From Azolla caroliniana (Eukaryota > Plantae > Polypodiophyta): a DNA stretch of 64,000 bases. The translations under genes were made by a program, and so were the position numbers. The notes beneath the pieces were generated by a model. That model had not been told where the DNA came from, did not search any database, and was given only the letters and a program-made list of their open reading frames with translations. The stretch lies in NCBI GenBank assembly GCA_043228905.1, contig JBHGNT010000012.1, positions 14,260,001-14,324,000 of the forward strand, read 5' to 3'. Shown here piece by piece: positions 1-13,429 of this stretch; within the stretch, counting starts at the first letter, position 1; every line of letters begins with the position of its first letter.

Positions 1-231
1 GTCGGCCTAGTTTCTCCCGGAGTCTCCTTCGCCATGTGCGGGTGGTCTGGGTACGGTGGGCTCTTCTTGAGTTAGTGGGCTGGGCTCTGCCGTTGGCGTG
101 CTTGCCGTCGGCTGCAGCTCAGCTATTGTTACGTCCTCTACAGTGTTGGCCGTTTTTGTGTGTCCCTAGGCGTGGGGCGGGGATTCCGCCTGGTCCGCAC
201 TATTTTCCGCGTGTTCTGAAGATGGTGTGGG

Positions 232-2601
232 CTAGTGCGGTTGGACCTCTTGTTGGGTAATGGTTTCGATGTTTGGTCCTGTGGGGAATTTCACTCGTTG
301 GTCCCCGCTATTCTCCCCCGTTGTCATCTCTGGTGATCGGGCCTGAGGTTCCTCTTCTTCGGCTGTGACCGGAATTGGTGTCACGCTGGGTTCCTCGTTT
401 GTGCGCGTGTTGCCGGCCTGTGTGATCTGGTGAAATAGCTCCTCCTGACTTTCACCAAAATCATCTAAGAGCTGTGCGAGTTCTTCGGAGTGTTGGTTTG
501 CTAGCGCACGATAGTCTTGCGCTAGGTCCTCCCGTACGGTCGCAATGCTCTCCTCGTTTAGCTTATAAAACCCTCGGTCGTCTTTCCGCCAGTTCTCCCA
601 GTCCGCATGATACGCGTGCAATTCCGCTGCTTGGGTTGCCCATGCCATCCATCCTTTGTCCAGCGCCGTTTTCAATTGCGCTGTGAACCTTTCCCGTTTT
701 GTTTGGACAAGGATGCGCACGTTATCCGTGATGACCTGGCAACGGTTGCGTGCGTCTTCCATCGACTTCTGGAGATTTGCGATTTCCTGCTATTTAACGG
801 CTGCCGCTTCCTCATACGTGGCCTTCAGGCCCGCCCACAGTTGGGATTCCTTTGCATGTTGTTCTTCTAATTTCCCCATTTCATTGTTTAGGCGGATTTC
901 GAGTTGATTCCTTCTGTCTTGTTCGACCACCAACTGCTCATCGAACCATACCTTCTTTTTTTCTAATAAGGCGTGAAGTCCCGCTATTGCCACCTCCAAT
1001 TTCTTCGCGTCCTCTCGTAATTGGGCGTTGTCGTCTTTTGTCCGGATGTGCTGAGCTACCTCCGTAGCTAGTTTCTCTTCAAGAGTTTTTACGGCCTTCC
1101 GTCCGTTAGCCCGTATCTCCTTTTCTCTGTCGGAGGATTGGCGTAGTTCTGCTCGAAGACGGTCAATTTCGGATTCCGCTAGTTGTACGGCCCTTTTTTC
1201 TTTTGCGGCGATGGCGGTCTGAGCCTCGATTTCTTCTTTTAGAGCGTCGATGACGTGGTTCGGTGGTGGGGTTGCGTGTTTTTCCATAGTTGCGTGAGCT
1301 TCCAACTCCGCGATGCGTGCGTTGGCCTTTTGTAGTTTGGGTTTGGTCAGTTTAACCTTCTTCCAGACATTCTTCTTTTTTATGGCCATCTCCTTGGCGC
1401 TCGTGCTGACCTTTGCCAGTTCTTGATGGACTTTGACTAGGGCCGTGTTTAAGGGTGGTATCTCCATCCCTACTCGTCGTACCCCATCGTTCCTCTGTCT
1501 GCCGACCCTGGCTAGCCAGTCCTCATCGTCGCTCTTCGTTGTTTGTGTTAGGGCGCGCTCGATCATCTGACGTTCCGCATGCTCCTCGGCCATTCGTTGG
1601 GCGGCTTTGACCTGTTGTGTTGCCAGGAACTCCATGAGCTCAAAAGAGGTACCGAACTGCAAGAGGGCGTTGAATTCGTGGGCCGTATCCGGGATATCCG
1701 GATATGCCAAAACCTCGCTTTCCGCCGTCAATACGGCTTTCCCTCGTTGCGACTGAGTCATAATAATCGGTCGCAGCTCCTGGATGATTTCAAACGTGGT
1801 ATTCGGTTCTACTGCTATGGAGCCTCCGCCTTCGGTTGGTGCCTCCGGAGCCGTGGGGGCAATTTTTACCAACCCCCGCCCATCTTTCCTGTCCAATCTG
1901 CGCCGTTTTGGTCTAGGGCTTTCCCGTCGTGTTTCGGTGTCTGGTTCTAGGGCTGCTTCCATGGGGCATCTCGGTTGTTCCTCCTGTGTCGCCTGTGTGT
2001 CCGGCTGGTCGGTAGGAGGTGTTGTCCTTGGGTCTGGCAAGGCCGGTTGGGGTTCCTCCTCCCACTCTGGGGCCGCTAACTTGCGTTTCGCGGATCGGGG
2101 CGGGGTCGTGGGTTGGCTGGGCTGCGGTGTTGGCAGGCCTCAGGGTGGAAACAGTACCTTAAGGTATTGTTGTATGATTGGCCTGAGCTTTTTGCCTGCT
2201 TGGTACGCATGCAAGCCTTCTCTTAACATCGGCCCTGTGATGATCCCCCAGCCGATTGCACGCCCTTCAAAGGTGTCGATAATGATGCCCGCCTTCTGCT
2301 TAGGCATCCCGTATGCGTTGACATGGACGCAGCCGACTTCCAGTAGGAACTTGGCAACTTCACGGAAGAAGGGATCCGGAATCTGTTTTGTTCTATAGGC
2401 CTTGGCGGAGGATGAATATGGTCCAAAATACCGCTGCAGCGCCTCTGCAAGAGGTATTTCGAAATGTCTTTCGCCTAGTGAGGATAGGTCCAACTTCTTC
2501 CAAATGGAAGAGTTGGTGACCGTGTCTATGTTAAGCTTCCTAGCGATGTTCATGGCGTCCGGGTGCGGAGGTGCTTCTGTGACCCGGATGTAGCCATCCA
2601 T
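232..2601 (-). CDS. gypsy A extra 3' ORF (globular N-domain plus Pro/Glu linker plus long coiled coil), split into 2140-2601, 790-2040 and 232-762
   Basis: Same strand and downstream of pol; N-domain aligns with element B ORF3 (PPH..A; L.RYFG; FRE.A..L.E.G; MP..A..II.T.EG..W). Confidence 0.75.
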
Positions 2602-2995
2602 GCGTTTCTCTATGAGCCATCAGCGTAAAGCAGTAGAGATGAAAATCGGCATCGCCAGAGTAGGTTCGTGGGGGGAAGACAGGAGGTTGTGGTGGGTTGG
2701 AGCTCTGAGATAGGATGGGGAAGAAGGTGAGGAGGACGAGCGATGGGAGCGCTGATAGCTAGAAGATGGGTTTCTGCTTTGTGCAGAAGATCTTCTGTTT
2801 CCTTCTTTTTGTGGCTTAGGGTTCATTGGGCGGTGAGCCATCGTGGTGCCGCGTGTTCTTGAACTAGGAGTTTGTGCATGCCTTTAGTCGTTTTAATAGT
2901 CGCTATCTTCTCTTTTTTTTCTTTTTTCTTTCTTTTTTTTGTAACGGTTATTTACAACCTATTTTTACATTATAGTACAAATGGGCTTGTCCATT

Positions 2996-5900
2996 TTACG
3001 CTGCAGGTTCTCCGGCTTTGTCCCGTTCAGCGGTGAATGGGTTAGGTGGCGTAGGGCCCAGGTAAGGTTTGAGCCGAAACCCATTCACTTTTTGCCGTAC
3101 TATTTCTCCAACCAGCGTTCCTAGTTGGAACGTGCCTTGTTCCGCTCCAATTATCCAGTATGGGCCAGTCCAGCGGAAACGTAACTTCCCCGACATATGG
3201 CCCATGCGCATTTGAAAAACTAGCACCGTTCGGCCCACAGCGAACTCCTTTTCACTCCGATGTCGATCGACAAACGCTTTACGTCGTCGTTGTTCCTATT
3301 CCAACACAGCCATGCTGTGGACACGTTTTTCCCCTAGTTTGAGGAGTTAATAGAGCCGTTCCTCCTCCGACTTGGCTTCTGATAATCGGTTCCGTACCTG
3401 AATGCGCAAACTAGGTACCCAAAATTCGACTGGCATCACAGCCTCTAGTCCAAACGCTAACCGGAACGGTGTTGACTGTATGCTTGTTTTGTAACTAGTT
3501 TTGTACGCCCATAACGCACTCTGGAGTTTGGTATCCCGGTCCGTCCTATTTTCATTGACGGTTTTCTTCAAAATGGTCTGTAATGTTTTGTTCGTGGATT
3601 CTGCTATTCCATTCGCTTGCGGGTAATATGGCGTGCTCTTCTTGTGGACTACTGCGTAATGTTGTGTTAGTTCCCGAACCACCGTATTCAAGAAGTGGCT
3701 CCCCTGGTCACTGATGACTCAATCGGACAGCCGAACCGGCACCAGATGTGCTCGTAAAGAAATTTGGTTGTGACGACCGCCGTATTTTCACGTAGTGCCT
3801 TTGCTTCTACCCATTTGGTGCAATAATCCGTGGTTACCAATATGTATTTGTTGCTCGTGCGGGCCACTGCTGGTGTGAAGGGCCCCACAAAATCCAATCC
3901 CCACTTTTGGTAGGGGTCTAGTGGTAATACGGGCTGGTGTGGCATCCTTGCGTCCTCCACGGGCTGACCCATCCGCTAGCACAAATCACACTTTCTACAA
4001 TACTCGGATGCGTCCTTCTGTGTTGTTGGCCACCATAAGCCCGCCTGCCATACTTTGCGGGCTGTCACGTTGCCCGCGTAATGGCCGTCGGCCATGCCGC
4101 AGTGTGCCTCCCGTAAAACTGCTTCTTTCTCATCCTGACGGACTCCACGTCACCAAATGCCGTCACTTCCTTTGTGATATAAATTTCCTTCGACAAGGCA
4201 GAAGTGATGGCTTCGGACGGCTAGTCGTTTCTTCTCGTCCATGCGTAATTGTGGTGGAGGTAGTCCTGTAGTTAAAAAGTACGTCATTTCCATAAGCCAT
4301 CGGTCCGGAAAGGTGGATTCCGTTTTTTCTGAAAGTGTCGCTACTCGCCAGATGTCGGCTTCCGGAAAATCGTCGTCGTCTTTCTGTACAATTTCTCCAT
4401 TCTCAAGTCTGCTCAAAAAATCCGCCATTGCGTGTTGCGTCCCTGGCCGGTGTTGAATTACGAACTCGAATTCCTGGAGCAGTAGCATCCACCGTGCCAA
4501 TTTCCCTGTCAAGGCTTGTTTCTCCACCAAATACAATAATGCCGAATGATCCACGTGGAACGTGAATTTCCGTCCTAGTAAATAATGTCGGAATTTATTG
4601 ATGCTATAGATCATCCCTAGCGCCTCCCGCTCTGTTGTGGAATAGTTACGCTCTGTTGCTAATAATTTACGACTTGCGTAGTATACTGGCCTATACCAGT
4701 TTGGTTCGGTGAGTTGCATTAGCGCGCTTCCTATTGCTATGTCTGAGGCGTCGACGAACACGTGGAATGGCTTCGCCCAAACTGGAGGTTGTACGACGGG
4801 GGCCTGTGTGAGCATTATCTTAAGTGCCTCATAGGCCTTATCCTCTATTTCAGTCCATTGGAAAGGAGTCCGATGTACGGCAGCGTGTAGTGGCGTGGCG
4901 AAGTCCGCCAAATACCGTATCATCCGACTATGCCACCGTATTTGGCCCAAAAATCGGCTAAGTGATTTGGCATTTGTCAGAGTTTTAGCTTGCGTAATAG
5001 CGGAGATCTTGTTTGGGTCGACCGTTATTCCTTCTTTGCTGACAATGTGGCCTAGGAGAGTCCCGTTGGTCACGCCGAAGGCACATTTCGCGGGATTTAG
5101 GCTTAAGCATGCGGTGCGGCAACGTTCCAGGCACAGACGTAAGTGCGAAAAATGGTCTTTTGTTTGCCCATATACCGCAAAATCGTCTAAAAAGACTTGC
5201 ATGAACGCCGAAATGTATTCCCCAAAGATCTCCGTAATCGTTCGTTGAAATGTTGACGGCGCTGTCTTTAGGCCGAACATCATGACAACCGCCACATATA
5301 CTCCCCAGTCCGTGACAAATGTCGTCTTCTCCTGGTCTTTAGGGTGCATGCATACTTGGTTATAGCCATTGAAGCCATCTAAGAAACTGTACATCTCATG
5401 GCCTGCGACGGCGTCCAGCACGCTATCGGTGAAGGGTAAGGGAAATGCGTCCGTAATGGTTACGGCGTTTAATTTTCGGTAATCTACGCATACCCGTATT
5501 TTTCCGTTTTTCTTTGGGACAACCACTATCGGGCTTAGCCATGTCGCTTGTTCAACTGGCCGTATGAACCCCGCCCTCAACAGCTTGTCAATTTCTTCTT
5601 TCACGCAGGTCGCGTAATTGGGGTTCATGCGGTAGCGGCGCTGCTGGACAGGTTTCGCGTCAGTTGCTAAATTGATATTATGTTGATAGAACTTGGGATC
5701 TAACCCCTTCATGTCCTCATGAGCCCAAGCGAACACATCTTTATATTCCATGAGTAGTGCAATCATTGTGATTCTCTGGTCCGGCCTCAATTCCTTTGCT
5801 ATGGAGAGGAACCGAGGTTCCGATCCGTACCCACATTCACTTCATCGAGAGCGGAAGCAGTGACTCATCGTGAAATCTCCATTTCCCTTTCGAATGCCGC

Positions 5901-6489
5901 CCGTGCTCTGTTGAGTTCCAATATGGACTCTGGGTTTGGTTTGTACGGCTCTTCGTGCGGAACAGTGGCCGTAGTATTTCTGCCGCAATTGCGATGACAT
6001 CTATTTCGAACAGCGGTTGCCTTCCGTAGGTACGCGAACCTTAGTGCGTCCATGCCGGAAAAAATTGATACACTCGTGTTGCCAGCTCTGCTTGATATTT
6101 GCTGTCTGAAGCCATGGTCTGCCCAAAAGCACTGGGTACACTCCTGGGGCATCCAAAGCGAGGACGACCGCCGATATGTCGAAGCGGTGTCCGCCCACGA
6201 AGATGCCTATTTTGCGAATTAACCCCAACGGTCGCACTGAGCGGGTATCTGCCATGCGGAGCCAGAATGGACACGCCTCCCATTCGGAAATGCCTAACTG
6301 TTCGCAGGTTTTCGCGCTAATCACATTGACGCGTGAGCCCTCGTCGATTACGCATCCAGGAACTTCCTGTCTGTGCAATATTACTGTAATAGCCGGGTTG
6401 TGCTGATCCACCACCGGTGGTCCATCGTTGACGTCTGTCAGGTTTGTGGCAACGCTCGCCCCGGGCATGCTCGCCACCTGTGCTTCCAT
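2996..6489 (-). pseudogene. pol: gypsy A pol: aspartic protease, RT, RNase H, integrase, fragmented
   Basis: VIDEGSRVN protease motif; RVCVDYRKLN and VFLDDF (RT); FVDASD and NYSTTEREAL (RH); [21 protein letters not shown] (INT with GPY/F). Confidence 0.95.
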
Positions 6490-6499
6490 GGTCTAGCGG

Positions 6500-8232
6500 A
6501 AACGAGGAACTAGCTGTAGCAGTTTTTCCATAGTTAACGTGATTTCACAGCCTGCTAACACCTGCCAAATGGGGTCCAGCCCCGGTCTTTCGTTCTCTGT
6601 TCGCTCCATTGTGTTCGCGGACTCCTGCCGCATACGTTCCGTATTGGTCGTGTTTGCTTTTTCCACCCAGGCTTAGGCTTGTCGTCATACCTCGTCCTGC
6701 GCAGCCCAATCCGCCGTTTTTGTTTGCTAGCGTGTTGTGACTTGTTGCACCTCCGCCGTAATCGTATTGACGGCGGGCCCCTTTCCCTTGCGTGTTGGGC
6801 ATTGCGTGGCATAGTGTCCGGGTTGCTGACAAATAAAACAATGGATGCTTGATTCTCCCTTCTCAACCCTAGGTGGTGTGTGCCGCTCTCCGGGCGCTAC
6901 TTGCTCTTCGCGGTCCAGCCTCGTTTGTCGGAACGTACGCGGTGGCTGCTGTTGGTCCCATCATTGTTCCTGGTGCCGCTCATCCCCCGAGCTTTCGTTG
7001 TAACGCCGGTGATCCCTATATTGCCGAGGCTTACCCCGATAGCCATTGAAGCCGCCCCGTTTGTTTGTCGGGCGTTGATGTTCGTATCGCCGTCCCCCTT
7101 TGGCGTAACTCGGATGTCCACGATAATCCTCGTCCTCTGGGTCGTCCTCCTCGGACTCGTTGTGATTCCGGCGATTCCGGTTGTACTGGTCCTCCCACGG
7201 GTTGCGATCCTTATACCGAGGTCGGTCTTCTTGCCGCCTTTGTTTCGCCCGATGTGGTTGACGTTGTGTGTCCATGCTGCGGACCACGGGAGTGGCTCTG
7301 TTTAACATATTGTACTCGCATTGGTCGACTGTGTGAACCTTCAAGTGGCAGATTGGGCAGTGGATTCACATATTGCACTCCACCGCGGAATGCCCCGAGT
7401 TCAAGCAAATCGTGCACTAGATTGCTTGACGAAATTGGCATTCCTCATCCTAAGGTAACGCTTGTCGTAAGGATGACATCAAAAACCTCTCCTCCTCGTC
7501 ATCCAACTCGAGCTGTAACGCTCGTTTAAACACCATATCCGTCGTTTCCCCTTTCACGCTATTGTTGTTGAGCGTTGCCTGGATGGGCCGGCATAACGCT
7601 GCCAGAAATGTCTCCCAAGCCTCCTCCGCGAGGCTTCGTTCCAGTTTCCGTCGTAAATTTTGGAAACGTAAGCTGAAGTCTGCTATCGTCTCGGTCAGTA
7701 GTTGCTTAATTGTATAAAACTGCCCGAGAATCTCACGTTGTGGAACCCTCCAATGGAAGAATCGCAAGAAAGCGGACTGCAGCTGATCGAAGGTTGTTAT
7801 GGCTGGTAAGTTCATCTGTGAATGTCAGAACGCCGCACGCCCATCTAATGTTAATCCGAACTCCGTCATTTTCGACTGGTGTGCCACCGTCTCAGAGAGA
7901 TTCTGCGCCATGTGGTTCGCATTCCAAACATTCAAGAACATGCGAATCTGAGTTGTGGCGTCAGTTTCGCCGTTAAAGCAGGGGTAGGCAAAGGCCATAG
8001 TGGGAGCTACAGTGGATCGGAAACAGTCACAGGGTGGCTGCGGTGAGCGTGGTCCCCGCGTCTCGTCAGGGTATTTGGGGAGCAAAGAATCTCCTTTGCA
8101 CTCCCGGCAGGTAGTACTGAGGTCGTTGATGCGCGGCTTTTGTCGGGCGCGTTCTTCTGCCTGGCGTGTGACGGACCTTGTTATTGGCCAATCTTGTCTT
8201 GTTGGTTCTCTGGGCTGTCTGCGGCTAAACAT
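6500..8232 (-). pseudogene. gag: gypsy A gag (retrotransposon gag domain, Zn knuckles), broken by stops and frameshifts
   Basis: ORFs 7825-8232, 7450-7815 and 6961-7344 align with gag of element B (WNANH..SKMTEFGLTLDG; FYTIKQ..E.IADF..RFQ; HTVDQCEYNMLNR). Confidence 0.85.
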
Positions 8233-8268
8233 CCATTCATTGTTGCTCGTCTATGAGGAAACACAGAT

Positions 8269-8282
8269 CACCAAGCGTGCCA
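8269..8282 (-). promoter_or_regulatory. Primer binding site, tRNA-Arg type (TGGCACGCTTGGTG)
   Basis: 4 nt downstream of LTR end; near match to complement of plant tRNA-Arg(UCU) 3' end as recalled (TGGCACGCCTGGTG). Confidence 0.7.
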
Positions 8283-8286
8283 AAAG

Positions 8287-8722
8287 TGTTACCATTTCGG
8301 AACACGGTCCGCGGTCAGTCCTTCGACCTAGACCCCAAGGTGGGTGTGGAACAACGAACAGGGTTTAAGCGTAATGCATAAGGGGAGAACCTCTGTAATT
8401 CCTTCGCCGTAAAAGGAAAGACGGCTACAACTGAATCCCTATCACAGGTTACACTTACGTACTACTACACTTAAGTATCCGAGACACCGACACTGAATTA
8501 GCCGCAGCTATACACAGAACTCAGAGAAGATAGAATTCTATTATCAGGCGTTCTTTACATTTCCAAAAATTACACGCACCTCCATAAGAGGTTTTCTGCC
8601 CTTTATATATGCAGGGTCTAATTAGCCGTTCACGCTTTCTGTGTGAATCGTTACATGCGTTATGCTCTTATATAGTTTCTTATTCCTACGGTTTTGGCCG
8701 TCGGTTACTATTTTGGCGAACA
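8287..8722 (-). repeat. 5' LTR of gypsy A (436 bp)
   Basis: Minus-strand TGTTCGCC...GGTAACA termini, TATA-like ATATAAAGG near 8600-8610, directly followed by PBS; same length as gypsy B LTR. Confidence 0.8.
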
Positions 8723-11170
8723 ACAAGAGGTTCATTAAAGTTGGAGCTGCCTCGGTTCAAGAGGGAGGTTGTAGAAATTGGCCCTTAAAAACTATGACAA
8801 AATTTGTCCAGGTATTGGGCAATTTCCCCAAAGTTCAGAGCCCATGCCATTAGGCGGCGGCCTTACCCCCTAGCTCTCGGCCGACATATGCAATCTTCGT
8901 ACTATCTGGCATGGGATAGAGCTCAAAATGAAACTCCCATCGGCCCAGCCACATGCAGATTGCTTCTTTGGTTCTTTCCTTTTTTTCTCCCATAAATGGC
9001 TTAACGACAAATGATGGTTCACCCTGTTGCTCATCAGGTCTATTAGTCTCACATTGTAAACTAATGACACATGCCTCGAGAGCACTTTGAGATTGCCGAA
9101 GTTCGGTCATCTGTTGAGCGATGAAACTAAGGTATTGGGTTATTTGCAAAAAATACATCTCAATGGACATTTGTCTAGGAGGATTTCCTTGAGTTCCTTC
9201 CGCTTGAGCGGATGACATCATGTCGTTATTTTGAGCCATTGAATGATTATTTCTGGCAAAGAAATAGGATAAGGTCAAACAAATAGTCATAACATCATGT
9301 CGTGATGTACACATATCATGGACAAAGATTAATCGATATCATGATCTCACGTCAATACCCCTCTAGACGTATGAGATGAGGTTCAAGATCAGGTTACTAT
9401 GGTAACACATAGGTGTTTTACAAACCGTGGGGGTGACAAATAAATGTCTTTCCCTTATCTCTATGTCGATTTTTTTAATGGCGACTCCCCAAGGCTCAAC
9501 CATGTATGTTCACGTCATTAATAGTTTATACACGAAAAAAATGTTAACAATAAACTATGTTTCAGTGCCCACATATGTGGTTTCGGCTCTTTAAGTCCTA
9601 TTACGAGGATCCCGAAGTGCACTTAAACCTCAAGTCTAAACATGTGTTATAGTGATATGTATTAACAATGTTGTATGTTCTTGGTCATATTTGAACTCGA
9701 GACCTCGAGAACAAATGCATTAAACAGTTGAGACAACCAAGTAGGTTGCTCTTCTTGAATGTTTAATGTTTCATGCGTATAAGACATATGCAAGGCATTT
9801 GCCCATATATGTTTTTTTAAAAGAAACATATATGTCAAGAGTCCTTATTTCCCCCTCGTTTACTACAAAATATGTTGGTACGTTACCTAACCTCAAGTCT
9901 CGTAATTACGATGGCATACGCCAAAGTGCAACCTAATGGTCAAGCCAAATGAGCCCTCTTTTCGTAGTAGGCCCACGTGACCCATCACATGGTTACGTCA
10001 TTATGAATGCCTCTCGTAAGAATGATCTCATGGTGGCATCATATCCATGTAACGAGGGAGGGATGTTGGATATGTGTGTCATAGGAGCGACCTCACATGA
10101 AGTGGGTCAAGCCCTACGTTCTCAACATCATTGTGGCTATAAAAAAAATCGTAACATCACATTGTCAACATATGATGAAATCAAGACACGTAATCGAGGC
10201 ATGTAGCCTGTACGCACACAAAACATCCAAAAATAAGGGTTAATCGTAATACGCAATTGAGGTATTGACCTCATACACATACGACACCAAACACATATCA
10301 TTTATAACAAAATCGAGGTATTGACCTCATACGCATATGTAACTTATGTATTTGAGCGTAATACGTAATTGGAGTATTAACCTCGTACGCATACGACACT
10401 AATCACATATTCAATATATGTCAAATGAGGTATTGACCTCATACACATATGTAAACATTTTATACAACCAATTAATTACCACTACAACATCATTAAATTA
10501 ATGAAAACATTTACATATAGACTATACACATGATTAGATGGGAGAAGAAAAAATAGAAAAAAAATAGAAAAAAAATAAGGAAAGAGTTACCGAAGTTCCT
10601 TTGTTGATCGTTGTCTGGATCAAGGCCGACTGCACATCGATCGATCACCATCAATCAACAAAACAAAAGACAACAAAAGAAACGTTAGCACATAGGCTCT
10701 GATACCAACTATTAGAGACATGAACTAATGTAAGCATTAGATCAAGATAGAATATAGATAGATAGATAGAAAGGAGAGAGAGAGAGAAAGAAGGGTGTCG
10801 ATCCACCTGACCACCCCCGACCGAAGGGATCGAGACGGACTCGAGCCTTGATCGGCGTCCCATACCACCGTTGTGGCGTTGAGTCATACCTGGTGCTAGC
10901 GCGCTCGCTACAAGACATGACCCACCACAAGATAGAGTCTCGACATAGTCAACAAGATCATGAAATGAGGGTTGTTAGGCCTCTTATTTATTGCGATACC
11001 CAAGGCCCCCAGGCAAGTTCACACTTGGCCTAATGGGTTGTCTCAATACCCAGGATTAAAAGCCAGTAACAGAGTCTATAACCCTCACACTTATCCACGT
11101 GTATATAATACTACGGTAAATTCTCACCACGGGATATTATATGGTCATGCCCGTAACAGAGTCTATAACA
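8723..11170 (-). mobile_element. Older Ty3/gypsy (chromovirus-like) fragment: LTR about 10710-11170, tRNA-Met PBS, 5' leader, gag relic 8850-9314 interrupted by element A
   Basis: TGGTATCAGAGCC PBS (minus, 10695-10707) next to LTR end; gag-like KPFMGEK..WLGRWEFHFELY..KIAYVGRELGGKAAA. Confidence 0.7.
10255..10455. repeat. Four ~57-bp tandem units each containing hairpin GAGGT-ATTG-ACCTC
   Basis: Motif gaggtattgacctcatac near 10259, 10315, 10372 (variant) and 10427. Confidence 0.8.
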
Positions 11171-12670
11171 AAATGTGTGGTAGACATAGGGGTTCAAGTG
11201 GTTAAGGTAGGATTGATGTCGGGTGGCGTTACTAGGGGGTCAAGCCAGATATCTGAAAATGTGAACAAAGCTATTGTGGAAAGAGAATGAACCCTCAAAA
11301 TATGACAATAATTTAGACAAGTTCTCAAAGAAATAGCTTTTGGTTTTGGCAAAGAGATAACCATTACCAAAAGTTAAGGACGCATTACAGAAATGGACGA
11401 GTTGCAAATAGTTGACATTATGTAGTTAGAAGTTATGTGGGGGTGGGGAATGTACTTTGGGGGTTGAGGTGGTGCTTGAGCTGATAGGAGGGAGGGGGAA
11501 TGTGGGACCGTAGATGGATAGATATTTTTAGCGCCCATAGAGAAGTGAATATTGACCCATGAGTCACAAAAAAGAGGAGGTGAAGGTGGGACATGTGTAG
11601 TGAGGGAGAGGGGGGGCATGGTGGGTGAGAAGGGTTTGGGGTTGGTTAATAAGACTAGTGGGGTAAACACTCACAGAAGCAGTTGTAGGTGGATTAAGAG
11701 GTCACTCATTAATGTGAATGAGTTGAAGATTGGCAATGCAATGTTTGTACTCATTGGTGGTGATGATGGAATGCTTAATCCAAGCCAAATATAGGTTCGG
11801 GAGACCAATGACAATCTATAATGTTTGTTGGAGTAAAAGCATAGAGACATATGGGACGATAATTAGGGGTGCTAGATATTGGTGTCGCATGTCAGATCGG
11901 GGGAATCAAGGATCTACTATAGCGAATGATTGGGAAATGTTGAAGACTTGTATATGATCAAATCTAACCAAAATGGAAACACAAGACAATGGTTGAATCA
12001 AGTTAAGAGTGAGTGAGTGATAGCGAGAGCCAAAGAGACATAATGTAGTAAGCATACATAATTATTCTCAATTCAACATAAAAATATTACAAGAAATTGT
12101 ATATATACAACTTTGGGTTAACTTCACCCTTTTGGTTATTTATATATGTGGCCATTACCACACACACACACAATAATTAACCCGTAGTGGTAGAATACTT
12201 AGCATACAATACATGTAAAATACATATTCAAAAAGTATTCTACCATTTTTTAAAATACACAGAATACATATTCTACAGATAAAATATATGTTAAGTACGT
12301 GTAGAATGTGTAATATGTAGAATAAGTGTAAAAGATGTTAAAATTTTAAACTTGTTGGAAATGTTAAATACTTTTTAAATATGTAGAATATGTCGAATAC
12401 TTTGAATATGTGAGATATTTCAAAATGGAAGTTCTAAATGTAGACTATGATTCAGAATACACTAGAGTACTCTAAAACATATTCTAAACCTAGAATACAC
12501 ATTTTTTAACAACTATGATTTAACCCATAACGAGCATATTTAATGTAACCTACTTAGCTTGTTCGTGCCATAATTAGCCTCGAGCCCATTTGAGTCTGCC
12601 AAGATAAAAAACAATTTGCTAAAAAGCTTTTGGTCATGGCATTAGATTATGTTGATTGTTGATGACAAAT

Positions 12671-13100
12671 TGCAACAAACATGGCCTTATATTTCTGTCG
12701 AAAATGCATTGCAACAAACATGGTCTTATATTTGGCACTACACAAATTAGATGTCTAAACATCTAGACAGAAGTGCTTGTCAATCTTGGGCTATGGAATC
12801 AAGTCATAGTTGTTTTCTGGAATAGAATTCATCTCTAACTTCATACCTAGTTGCTAGTTAGGGTAGTCGGATGTTGCCATTGATTCTTTGTAAATCGACG
12901 GTTCACTTGCACCTACATATTCCTATTTGAAGTGCTTTGCAACAAACCTGGCCTTATATTTTGGGACTGCCCAAATCGGATGTTTGCATATCTACACGAA
13001 AGTGCTTTTTAATACTTGGGCTTAGGAACTAAGTCTTAGTTGTTGTTTTCTTGTATGGAATTCATCTCTAAGTATGTACCTAGTTGCTAGTTAGTGTAAT
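12671..13100. repeat. Local diverged direct duplication (about 160 bp, copies near 12711 and 12938)
   Basis: tgcaacaaac(a/c)tggccttatattt...aagtgctt...aattcatctctaa...acctagttgctagttag occurs twice. Confidence 0.75.
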
Positions 13101-13103
13101 TGA

Positions 13104-13429
13104 TAGGAATCAGCAATTATCGAAACCAAACCTATAAGCCTTAACTAGTTTGAGAGTTTCCATATGTCAACTAAACCAATTAAGGCTTAACTAGTTTGCC
13201 CAAACTTGTTCAGTAAATGGTTTGGACAAACCATCTAAGCCTTAACTGGTTTAATAATTGGTTTCACCCTAAACGGTTTGGTTCATCTTGAGCCTTGCCA
13301 AAACGAGGTCAAACCGGTTAAGGAGGCTTAAGCATGAACCGAGCTAAACCGAACATCCAAACCCCCAAACCGTTTAAAAACGGTTTAACGACTTGTATCA
13401 GGCTTGAGCTAAGACATTGCTGACTCCTA
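13104..13429. mobile_element. hAT-type MITE (326 bp)
   Basis: 14-bp TIR TAGGAATCAGCAAT / ATTGCTGACTCCTA (13/14), 8-bp TSD GTAATTGA/GTAATTGG, internal AAACC(G)/(C)GGTTT motifs. Confidence 0.85.

Larger units (their letters stand above)
1..8722 (-). mobile_element. Ty3/gypsy non-chromovirus (Athila/Tat-like) LTR retrotransposon A, degenerate, 3' end outside window
   Basis: 5' LTR 8287-8722 (TGTT...AACA), PBS, gag, PR-RT-RH-INT order on minus strand, extra ORF downstream of integrase; homologous to element at 28487-38391. Confidence 0.93.

Noticed and set aside
10255-10455. CRISPR-like palindromic repeat array
   Set aside because: Eukaryotic context, no cas genes, and spacers are related to each other (ordinary tandem repeat).
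11260-12520. Possible decayed retroelement or LTR
   Set aside because: Only LTR-like composition (tagaata repeats); no diagnostic motif or boundaries.
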